A DNA stretch of 64,000 bases from Takakia lepidozioides (taxonomy: Eukaryota; Plantae; Bryophyta). The position numbers were made by a program, and so were the translations under genes. Positions 24,501 through 35,559 of this stretch are shown here, one piece after another (positions within the stretch are counted from its first letter, which is position 1; every line of letters begins with the position of its first letter). The stretch lies in assembly GCA_030704615.1 (NCBI GenBank), contig CM060732.1, positions 43,214,001 to 43,278,000 on the forward strand, read 5' to 3'. The notes under the pieces are model-generated. The model ran no database searches and had not been told where the DNA came from. It saw only the letters and a program-made list of their open reading frames with translations.

Positions 24501-25693
24501 CTGTAGAAGCCCAGCCAGTCCACTGGAAGACGTGGGAGGGTTGAGCTCAAACAAGATGTCCCCAATCCCCTGCTGATTGTCTTCTCTCTTTTCCAAGGAC
24601 ACGGTATGTTCCTGGAAGGACTCTCCACTTCCTTCCACACTCGCCAACCAAAGGTTTCTCCAAGTGCCCAGAATCCAAATTCCCATCCTCGTCATACACC
24701 TCTTTCTGAACAAGCTGTCAGAGGACTGTAGGGGACTTAGACACTTATACGGGATCTGTAGGGTACCCTTAATTTTGCACAGACTGAGACCAACAGGAGC
24801 CTTAGGGGTGACAGCAGCGCACTGTAGAGGGGGGTTACACAGTCGTCACAGCAGTCACAGCCCGACACAGCCAAACACAGCCAGTCACCGCTTGACACAG
24901 CTGTCACGATAATAGGGAACGAAGAGTAGGACAGGGAACGACTGTGGGGAACAACACCTGTGAAGGGAACATGTTAGTTCACAGACGACGGTTAGAGAGG
25001 GAAACGGTTAGAACCGCGGATACGAGGATAAAGGGAGAAACGGGGAATGAAGGAGATGATCATTATTTGGGGGAGGACTTCTGAGTCAGGCTGGAGCGGA
25101 GATCGGAGGCAAGAGATGGAGAGCACGGTGAAGGAGAAAAGAGGATTAGTAGATGCTTGTTATATGCAAAGCTGTAGTGATATTGGAGAGCAGATTAGAG
25201 ACATAATGGCTTCGGCCTGATACCTGATAAATCATAATCTGATACTTATAAGATACAATCACACTGTGTAGAGAGATCTGAGAGAAGCTGTGGATTGAAT
25301 GGATGAGTGAAGGAAACCGATAGATTGATGAAGCAAACTGATACTTAATTATCAATGGTAAGGTAGCTAAGATGAATGCGGAAAGGGAAACAAATAGGAA
25401 ACACCCCCATGATACACTAGCTGTAGGTCATGACTGATTGTTCTGCGCGGGCTGAGTACTTAGAGATTTCCAACTCTTCTATCTTGGAGTTTCCGCCTCG
25501 GATAGCGAAGGGATGGGTGAGTAAAAGCCGCGCGACACAAGCAGAGAACCCAACTCCAGCGGGAACACTGTAACCAGCTCATCCTCATGAACAACTGCAT
25601 ACCCATCGTCGTCTGTAGTGGCAGTCAGTGGAAGAGTACCTGCATTGGAATGGAATCGAGCGAGTCATCTCGCTCCCTCGACATGTTTTCCAT
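21589..25693 (-). pseudogene. Mutator-like transposase of element 2 (homolog of 5132-8632), disrupted
   Basis: Colinear homology with copy 1 from DDGYAVV..KEVYD..WRVLPGTYRVLG to SWIM CTCPDF..CKHQYY. Solo LTR in the N-terminus, ~300-bp frameshifting deletion at ~24567, in-frame TAG at 22456-22458, intron ~23003-23138. Start codon uncertain. Confidence 0.85.
24716..25537 (+). mobile_element. Solo LTR (822 bp) related to the Gypsy element at 9285-15075
   Basis: TGTC...GACA termini, 5-bp TSD CAAGC (24711-24715 and 25538-25542), homology to 14641-15075. Confidence 0.9.
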
Positions 25694-26515
25694 CACTGAA
25701 CGAAACTGGCGATTCAGAACGGAATCCCCGAACCCAGAGCCCGTAATTATCGAAAGTGGAAATACCACAAGCAAACTGAGGTCAACAAGGGTAGCACCAA
25801 ACCAAAGGCTGCCGGCGATGCAGGCAAAGGATGTAGGGATGACGTACACCTTCACCTCCCACCAACCAGAAAAACTGTTTTGAAAGACCAGAGCCACAAG
25901 AAGCCGTGCTGTTTTTGGATGGAAAACAAACCCTGAAAATGACATGAAACCATCCATTATGAAATGACGGCAACAACCCTGGAGAGCAGTAAACAGGAAG
26001 ATCCGATTGTAATGAGATTGTGTTGTGCCAGAATAGCACAGAACAAACACTGACACTCCAAGAGATACCTCGCACGAATGTGTGCAACACATGGTCATAT
26101 CCGACACAATCCTTTACACCGAATGACCCCATGGGGACGGTCACGGCAAAATGAAAACCACAGGGCAGGCAGTACAACACACGTGGATGCATATGTGAAG
26201 CATAACAATTATTGCGAATCTGGAAGAACTGCTCGGAATTGAAAAAGCACTACATTTCTACGGCACATTCGAATTTGAAAGAAGGCAAGGAGGCCGCCAT
26301 GTATTGGCAGGCGGCGAAGTACATCTGACATATATCGCAAATGCATGCAACGGATGTTCTTTTTCTTCGGCGCTTTATTAGCTGGGTAATACAAAGACGC
26401 CAAAATGGATGAATTCCGTTCGCACACAATATCAACACCCGCATCCAAATACGGTTGACAACGTCCATTTTGATTTTTGTTACATGCGATACCAGCACTT
26501 GTTGCAAACGTCAAA

Positions 26516-29500
26516 CTGGAGAGCTCCAGGGGCATCGTGGGGAGCCCTTGTTTCCAGCGGAGGAGAAAGAGAAGGAAGTCATTATACTTCACGAGTTCTA
26601 GAAACAGGAATAGAGCCAGATATAGAATGAGGATGGAAAGAGTGGAGGAAGAGGAAAAGGAGGAAGAAGAGGGAATACAGGAAAGTGTGGCGATGGAGGA
26701 GCACGAATCTGGAGAAGAACAACAACCCACCATAGTTCCAGGAACAGGCGAGGAGGACACTGCGTCTGAGGGAGAGACAGACGACATGGAGGAAGATGTT
26801 GACACTGGCCTCACGAAGAATCTGACTACGGGAAAGAGGAAGGGGGAGAGGCTCACCTACATAGTCGGCGAAGAGAGCAGCCCGAAGCGGAAAGGGTCCC
26901 CGGCAATTGGGGAGTCTTCTCGAGTAGCTACGAAAAAGGTAAAATCTACAGGACCCACATTTGTGAAGAATTCGGCTTTCAATGGCAGGTATTTGAGAAA
27001 GAAAGAACCATTCAGTGGCAGCTCAAACAGTGTGCGTTGCCGCACACTGTTTGAGCTGCACATGTCACTGTTTAAGGGTGCAAAATTCTTCCTTCAACGA
27101 CACCTTTCTGAGGATGAAATGAACCCTTCACTTCCAGCTCAAACAGTGTGCGGCAACGCACACTGTTTGAGCAGATATTTTCAATGTTTTAGGGTGCAAA
27201 ATTTGGTCTTGTAGTCAGTTATCTGAGGGTGAAATAAACCCTTCACTGCCAGCTCAAACAGTGTGCGGCAACGCACACTGTTTGAGCTGAACATTTCAAT
27301 GTTTTAGGGTGCAAAAATTTGGACCTCATGGGCACCTTTCTGAGGAAGGAATGAACCCTGCACTGCCAGCTCAAACAGTGTGCGGCAACGCACACTGTTT
27401 GAGCTGAACATTTCAATGTTTTAGGGTGCAAAATTTGGACTTCATGGGCACCTTTCTGAGGATGGAATGAACCCTGCACTGCCAGCTCAAACAGTGTGCG
27501 GCAACGCACACTGTTTGAGCTGAACATTTCAATGTTTTAGGGTGCAAAATTTGGACTTCATGGGCACCTTTCTGAGGATAAAATGAACCCTGCACTGCCA
27601 GCTCAAACAGTGTGCGGCAACGCACACTGTTTGAGCTGAACATTTCAATGTTTCAGGGTGCAAAATTTGGACTTCATGGGCACCTTTCTGAGGATGGAAT
27701 GAACCCTGCACTGCCAGCTCAAACAGTGTGCGGCAACGCACACTGTTTGAGCTGAACATTTCAATGTTTGAGGGTGCAAAATTTGGACTTCATGGGCACC
27801 TTTCTAAGGATAAAATGAACCCTGCACTGCCAGCTCAAACAGTGTGCGTTGCCGCACACTGTTTGAGCTGAACGTGTCAATGGTTTAGGGTGCAAAATTT
27901 GGACTTCAGGGGCACCTATCTGAGGATGGAATAAACCCTCCACTGCCAGCCCAAACAGTGTGCGGCAACGCACACTGTTTGAGCTGAACATTTCAATGTT
28001 TCAGGTGCAAAATTTGGACTTCATGGGCACCTTTCTGAGGATGGAATGAACCCTGCATTGCCAGCTCAAACACACTGTTTGAGCAGATCTTTTCAATGTT
28101 TTAGGGTGCAAAATTTGGACTTCATGGGCACCTTTCTGAGGATGAAATGAACCCTTCACTGTCAGCCCAAACAGTGTGCGGCAACGCACACTGTTTGAGC
28201 AGAACATTTCAATGTTTTAGGGTGCAAAATTTGGACTTCAGGGGCTTCTATCTGAGGATGAAATGAACCCTTCACTGCCAGCTCAAACAGTGTGCGTTGC
28301 CGCACACTGTTTGAGCTGAACGTTTCAATGGTTTAGGGTGCAAAATTTGGACTTCAGGGGCACCTATCTGAGGATGAAATGAACCCTTCACTGTCAGCCC
28401 AAACAGTGTGCGGCAACGCACACTGTTTGAGCTGAACATTTCAATGTTTTAGGGTGCAAAATTTGGACTTCAGGGGCACCTATCTGAGGATGAAATGAAC
28501 CCTTCACTGCCAGCTCAAACAGTGTGCGTTGCCGCACACTGTTTGAGCTGAACGTTTCAATGGTTTAGGGTGCAAAATTTGGACTTCAGGGGCACCTATC
28601 TGAGGATGAAATGAACCCTTCACTGTCAGCCCAAATAGTGTGCGGCAAGGCACACTGTTTGAGTTGAACATTTCAATGTTTTAGGGTGCAAAATTTGGAC
28701 TTCAGGGGCACCTATCTGAGGATGAAATGAACCCTTCACTGCCAGCTCAAACAGTGTGCGTTGCCGCACACTGTTTGAGCTGAACGTTTCAATGGTTTAG
28801 GGTGCAAAATTTGGACTTCAGGGGCACCTATCTGAGGATGAAATGAACCCTTCACTGCCAGCCCAAACAGTGTGCGGCAACGCACACTGTTTGAGCTGAA
28901 CATTTCAATGTTTTAGGGTGCAAAATTTGGACTTCAGGGGCACCTATCTGATGATGAAATGAACCCTGCACTGCCAGCTCAAACAGTGTGCGGCAACGCA
29001 CACTGTTTGAGCAGATCTTTTCAATGTTTTAGGGTGCAAAATTTGGTCTTGTAGTCAGTTATCTGAGGGTGAAATGAACCCTTCACTGCCAGCTCAAACA
29101 GTGTGCGGCAACGCACACTGTTTGAGCTGAACATTTCAATGTTTTAGGGTGCAAAATTTGGACTTCAGTGGCACCTTTCTCAGGATGAAATGAACCCTGC
29201 ACTGCCAGCTCAAAGAGTGTGCGGCAACGCACACTGTTTGAGCAGAACTTTTCATTGTTTTAGGGTGCAAATTTTGGCCTTCCAGGCACATATCTGAGGG
29301 TGAAATGAACCCTTCACTGCGAGCTGAAACAGTGTGCTGTAACGCACACTGTTTGAGTAGAACATATCAATATTTAAGGGCGCAACATTCGGCCTTCATG
29401 GGCAGATATCTGTGGATGAAATGAACCCTTCACTGCTAGCTCAAACAGTGTGCGGCAACGCACACTGTTTAAGCTGAACATTTCAATGTTTTAGGGTGCA

Positions 29501-31132
29501 AAATTTGGACTTCAGGGGCACATTTCTGAGGATAAAATGAACCCTTCACTGTCAGCTCAAACATTTTGCGGAACCGCACACTGTTTAAGCAGAACATATC
29601 AATATTAAAGGGCACAACGTTCGGCCCTCATGGGCAGATATCTAAGGATGAAATGAATCCTTTACTGCCAGCTCAAACAGTGTGCGGCAACGCACACTGT
29701 TTGAGCAGAACTTTTCAATGTTCTTTCCCTGTGAAAATCGGCAACATAGGGCAGGTCCGTGAGGATGAATGAACACTTACCTGGCAGCTCAAAGAAGACT
29801 TACCTGTTTGATCCCACTTTTTCATGCATCAGTCGACGTTTCATGCCTCTCTTATAAGAATTTTATTGAACAACCTTGCAGGAGAAAATGCAAAGTGTGG
29901 CGGATGAGGTCCCTTCGGGTCATGGGAAGGAGACCATAGTTGATGTTGACGATGAGTTTTATGAAAGCAAAGCCGCTGAGATGCTGGGGGGTCAAAAGGT
30001 GAACTCTCAGCTTGTGGTGCAAAGTATGCTTGCTCCTGGTGGGAGGTTGAAGATTCCCCTGTGTAGGTTGGTTTCCATGCCCGTCGTTCGTCCACCCCTT
30101 GTCAAGGACATTCTCAAGCTGGAGGACGAGTTTGTTCATGGGTATTTGGATGGATCCGCAGTCTTTTACGTTTCTACTAGGGATTCTAGAGGTAACGAGC
30201 TCCTTGTGGATGAGTCAATCATCGGCTCCTGGGACCCCATTTGGAGACAGGTGAACGAATCCTTCGAACTTCTTCTCTCCAGGAAACCTTCCACCCAGGT
30301 ATTCTCAGCCCTTGCCAGCTATTTGAAAGCCTCGGGCATGAGAGTCGTGAAGACATGGAATTGTGTGAACAGCATGTACCTTACGAAGGGGGATCGTCCG
30401 GGAGAGATGGTGAGTTTCCCTTCTTCTTCCTCTTCTTTTTTGTTCTGGGATTGTGTTGTATAGGTCGCTCGAACTCATATGTAGGGGGCCCGATTTTATT
30501 TTGGTTCTTAGTTCCTTGTGGATGTCATGTTCGCAGACTCGTCTGTTTGAAGCTGTTTGTCTCGTCCGGGTGCATCCATCAACGACTCCGGCCGGCATTA
30601 CGGAGTTTGCCATCACTCACGGGGGCAAGTTCATAGATGACAGGACAGATCCTCCCACGGATGACATGCATCACAACTACGTCGACAGCAACGTGTGCTT
30701 GCGAAGGGGGAATGGGGTTCCTTGGAGAGGGGCGAGGGAGAGGAGCCCGGCTTTCATTCAAACGATTGTGGAGTGCTGCACCTACACAGACGCCAGAGTT
30801 CTGGATTTGTCGATGGGCACAGGTTCGTCTCTTCAACATTCACATTTCATGAGGTTTGATTGAGCTTGCACTTTCAGCACTTTCCACCGTTCCGAATGTG
30901 TCTTCAATGTCTGCTTACTTCATTCTATTCCACTGCAGGTGCTTCGTACCACGCTTGCAAGGCCAGTGCACAACATCTCTTTGGGATTGAAGGGGATGCT
31001 GAGATTTACAAGAACCTCCTGATGGGTTTGGGTGGACACACTTCTCAAGTCCTTCCGAAGCCCTGTCCCGCTGATACTGATACAGAGGAGACTTCTGACA
31101 AGGAGCTGGACTCCGACTTTGCCTGTGAGTAA
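26516..31132 (+). CDS. ParB-like/amino-MTase cargo gene of element 2, internally deleted but still spliceable in frame
   Basis: Exons ~26516-26938, 29882-30409, 30537-30822 and 30939-31132 are phase-compatible. Exon 2 is homologous to copy 1 (GGRLKIPLCRLVSMPVVRPPL..FVHGY). C-terminus RERSPAFIQTIVECCT..RVLDLSMGTGASYHAC..HLFGIEGDAEIY matches beta-class MTase motifs X, I and II. Confidence 0.75.
27019..29795. repeat. Tandem array of ~24 x 116-bp units, each with a 40-bp hairpin CAGCTCAAACAGTGTGCG-GCAA/TTGC-CGCACACTGTTTGAGCTG
   Basis: Hairpins start at 27019, 27135, 27250, 27367 ... 29669; the array lies within intron 1 (26939-29881) of the cargo gene. Confidence 0.95.
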
Positions 31133-32027
31133 GTTCAACCTGTGCATGCTTTCATTGTTGTTTCAATATCGAGAATCGCTGTTCTTGAGGCAAAGTGCAC
31201 ATGGGAGACATCCTCTTCGTTGGACTTGTGCATTGCATCATTGTGTTAAAAATGGGTTTTTGTGGACATGTGTAGGAGTCCGCGTGCTTCCACTTGCCCT
31301 CCTGGGCTATCACACCTATTTGGACTTGTTTTCAGTCCTCCTCGGTCTTGTGTGCTACCTGTCTATGCGGAGGCACTCGCAGCAAGCATGTCCGTTCATG
31401 GCACTCAGAGTCCACCTTGCGATGGCCTTCGTAGAACACGTGGTGTTGGGGCCAGAATCTTTGTAGATGACATAGCACAGGAGGTGGACACTGATTGTGA
31501 TGACTGCGACACTTGATATGAAGTCTTCTTTTGGTTTAATTCTGGGACAAATTTGAAATGGGATGGTTGTGTGTCCTTATTGTCCTGTTTGCAATGTGTG
31601 CGTGGAATTCACATTCATGGTTCCAAACTATTGTTGGAGATGGGGGTTGCATGGACTGCCCGGATTGTTCCTTCAATATATTTGTTGTTTTGTGGACCTC
31701 ATAGACTTGAGTACATTGCAAAAACAAACAAACCACTTTGGTTCGTTTACATCATTCTCGCATCATTTGCTAGTACGTCCCCAAACCATTCCTGCTAGAA
31801 GAATGGTTGGTGAATCCATCACGGTGAAGTCCACCTCATCAAAGACTGTTCAGGCATTCTCAATTCTCCCCACATCAACCCGCGGAAATAGGTGACACCA
31901 CTCGGAAATAGGTGACATCCGCGGAAATAGGCACTGTTTGCATGCTGACGTGGCGTGAGCCTGTGCTGGGCTCACGCTTTCCTGGGCTCACAGGCTCATG
32001 CCTCCAGGCTCACGGAATAGCACCCCC

Positions 32028-33598
32028 CGAAGACACTAGTACCTCGTAAGGTCCTTCGACATTTCCCTATCATTCCAAGGCTGCTTCGAATGTATAAAGC
32101 CAAATCCATCTCAGAGTTAATGTCATGGCACTTTAAGAATCGAAGTCTGGATGGCTTGGTTAGGCACCCAGCAGACAGCAAGGCTTGGGCCCACATTGAC
32201 CAAAAGGGGCCTGAGTTTGCAGCGGACCCCAGAAATCTGCGATTGGGTCTCGCATGGGATGGTGTCAATCCTTACAGTGATAAATCAAACAAATGGTCAA
32301 CTTGGCCTATCATGTTGGTAAACTATAATCTTCCACCCTGGCTGTGTACTAAGCCATTTTTCACGATGTTGGCTTTATTGATTCCTGGACCACAATCTGT
32401 GGGAAATGACAATGCAGATGTTTATCTGCAGCCCCTTGTGGATGAGCTGAAATTGTTGTGGGAAGTTGGTGTGGAGGCATTGGATGGAAATAGCCTAGTG
32501 GGGCAACAGTCATTTCGCATGAGGGCCATCTTGATCTGGTCAATCCACGACTTTCCAGCTTATGGGTTGCTAGCAGGATGCGCACACGGGGGATACAAGG
32601 CCTGCCCAGCTTGCGGCCCTAATGTTGATTCCAGGTACTCCAAGGCATGCAAAAAAGTTTTGTATCCTGGTCATAGGAGATACTTGCCTGCTGTTCATCC
32701 CTATAGGAGTAACTTGTCCCACTTTAATGGACATGTGGAACATAGAGCAGCTCCTATGGTGGTTACTGCAAGTGAGCAATTTGACCGGGCTACAACTAGA
32801 GAGTTGTATCTCGCAATGGGAGGGGCTGAGGGGGGAAAACAGGACCCTTCAAAGGAACATGGCATGAAACGGGTCACTATTTTGAACCAATTGGAAAGAC
32901 TTACTCATCCGATACACACTGGATGTGATGCATTGTGAAAAAAATTTGTGTGAGAATGTGCTGAGAACCATTCTTGGGGAGAAGGACACAACCACATCTA
33001 GGAAGGATATGGAACTCAATGTCATTCGTGAACACTTGTGGTTGAGACCCCATCCCTCTCACCCGAACAAGTTGGTGAAGCCTTTGGCCCCATATGTTCT
33101 TCCTGAAGATGAGAAGGTGTTGTTTTTGGAAACATTGGCTGCAGTAAAGGCCCCCACAGGTTATGCTGCCACATTCCAGAAACATGTGGCTAACAATAAA
33201 CTGTCTACAATGAAAACCCATGACTACCATGTAATGATGCAGCTGATTTTACCTCTTTGCATTCGAGGGGTATTGGGAAAGGGTCCACGGATGGCAATTA
33301 TGAGGCTTTCTCGAGTCTTCCGAAAAGTGTGTGCAAAGATCATTAATCCAGCTGAGCTACCGGCCTTAAAAGAAGATGTTGCAATCACTATGTGTCTGCT
33401 GGAGAAGAATTCCCTCCGTCATTTTTTGATATCATGACTCACTTGCTTGTACACCTTGTGGACAAATTGGAGGTGTGTGGTCCCGTGTCTAGCCATTGGA
33501 TGTATCATATGGAACGGTATATGAAGACATTTAAAGGCTATGTAAGGAATATGAGCCGACCTGAAGGGAGCATGGCGGAAGGGTATGTGGAGCTTGCC
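32028..33598 (+). pseudogene. CACTA Tnp2 transposase core (Transposase_21/DUF4218-like), frameshifted
   Basis: RHPADSKAW..DPRNLRLGLAWDGVNP..STWPIMLVNYNLPPW; IHDFPAYG; MHCEKN; MKTHDYH; WMYHMERYMKTFKGYVRNMSRPEGSMAEGY. Confidence 0.9.
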
Positions 33599-33599
33599 T

Positions 33600-34755
33600 C
33601 CGCCTTCTACCATTTTGCCTCTGCCTTGCAAGTGCATTCAAGTTGGCAATGGCCAATTCATTTGCCTCACTCAAAGGAACACAAACAGCAAGCTCAGTCA
33701 TGATGTTATGAGGAATTTCAGGAGGCACCATGCCTACATATGTGTCTCCCTCACCCAATGCCACTTCTGTAATATCGTGAACCACTCGTCGGGATCGAGG
33801 GTCCTTGTGAAGGACCACCTTCCAATTCCCTCGTGAACTTTTTTCATCCGAGAAAAAAACTTGCTCCACCTGACTAGGGAATGTCCAGGGCTGCTCCATC
33901 CGAGGTAACATGCGACTGAAGTCAACCAAGAGAAAGCCATAATCATCTCATTTCATGGTGGCATTCCGGCCCACCATGTGTGACCTCACCCATCTACACA
34001 AGAACATAATTGGGTGAAGAATTCCGTAATCCAGTTGAATTATTTCTCTTACAACACCCACATATTCCAATTGGGATAACACTCGTTTGGACATATCTGC
34101 TCTGTTTTCACTTTCCTGATGGAATACTTGAGCAACTCCAGAATCAAATGTCACCCTGTCTGTGGCGCCAGTCCCATCACGTATTGCTCGAAAGTGATTG
34201 CCGTAAGCATACATGGACTTGAAGCCCAAGGACTGTACTGCTGGTGGTATACATAAATGGCATATGTCCAAATCATAGGACTCACCTGAACTCACCTTGC
34301 GTTGGACAACACCTTCAATCCATTCATGGAATGGAGCCAGTAAGCGCATATCTGTTGGGTATGGAATTTCTCCATTGTGGTGGTCTTGGTCTTGTCCACA
34401 AAGGAATGTTGTTCTGAACTCAGTGCGGGATGCTTCTATGAGTGCCATCTCCTCTTCATAGGCCCTGTCCAAATGAGAATTGCAAATTAGGATTACAGCT
34501 TATACCATTGGCAGAAATGAAACACACAGGATATGATAAGCAACATACTTACTCAAGGAATGGTTTCATGCAATCTGTGTTGTGCAAAATATACTCGTGT
34601 GCACTGTCTCGTTCTTGAATGGTGAGGACTCATACACTTCCCAATCCTTGAACCACCTCCCCACTAACTGAGTCTTCTTCATTGGAGTCCCACACCCTTC
34701 GGCTTGTAGCATGAAATTCAGCCATATACTCAATTAGAAACCCTAGGGCCAGTTG
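33600..34755 (-). pseudogene. Inverted 3' part of the CACTA transposase (DUF4216-like)
   Basis: Minus strand reads LALGFLIEYMAEF..AHEYILHN, YAYGNHF..TFDSGV..YVGVVREIIQLDY..FLCRWV, PWTFPSQVEQVFF, the expected continuation of AEGYV. Confidence 0.8.
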
Positions 34756-35559
34756 TGCTATGGTCTAGAGTTGGTTTCTGCTATTGCATGTATTTTTCCA
34801 GGGTTTAGACTTGATACAACATGGTACCTTGCATGGGTGGGAGTGACTGAGCTATTGGGGTGGGCAAAATTCTGACAAACACACTTTCATTTGTGACAGT
34901 GAACCCTAAACAGTCATGGAGTTGTGGCCTGCATACTTTTCTGACCCTAGTCAATGGTGGCCCAATTGTGGCAAAAAGGTGAATGCATGTTGGATTATAG
35001 AGAGTAGCAGATGCAATTGAGCATATGAACTAGTGTGAGAAGTTGAGTTGGGTGTTTCCTAGAACAAATGTAGGTTGTTATTGTCAGTTGCTACCAGCAA
35101 GGCAAAGATGTATGCATGATTTGTGAGAGGCATGGATAGCTAAAGGAGCAGGGATAGAGTGTGGGTCCAGATTCATCCAAGAGGGCCACATTTCAAGCAC
35201 AACATTGCCTATGATTCCCTGTGGAAGGATAGCTACAAGAAACCTGCATGGGTAGATGGTCAACTGGAAGCCGCAGCAGCAGCGGCGACACAATTGGTAA
35301 AATCAGGCGATGAGGGCACCTTCTTCAACACATTTCACCCTGTTTTTCTCCCTTATCAGAATCGGCCCTAAATTTCCATGTTGAATTATGCAAGTTAGCT
35401 AGTTGAGTGAATCTTTGATAGATTGGAGTGACTTTGACATGATACTGCCAATGTGACAACAGGAAAGTATCCAAAAACAAGTACAAGAGATGAGGAGAAG
35501 GTGTGGAATGAATACTTTTCTGATCCAGTCAATGGTGGGACAACCGAGGCAAAAAGGTG

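Larger units (their letters stand above)
21167..32027. mobile_element. MULE-like DNA transposon copy 2 (10.9 kb; transposase + ParB/MTase cargo + hairpin array) inserted in the CACTA transposase
   Basis: 9-bp direct repeat CGAAGACAC at 21158-21166 and 32028-32036; removal restores the CACTA frame; GCTCACG/CGTGAGC clusters at both ends. Confidence 0.9.

Noticed and set aside
14641-25537. The two LTR-like sequences as the paired LTRs of one element
   Set aside because: They are in opposite orientation, visibly diverged, and the second has its own TSD (solo LTR).
27243-28207. Repeated short minus-strand ORFs (MFSSNSVRCRTLFEL...)
   Set aside because: By-products of the 116-bp repeat; the unit length is not a multiple of 3.
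27019-29795. CRISPR array (palindromic repeat plus spacer look)
   Set aside because: Inter-hairpin segments are near-identical rather than unique spacers, no cas genes are present, and the array is inside a spliceosomal intron.
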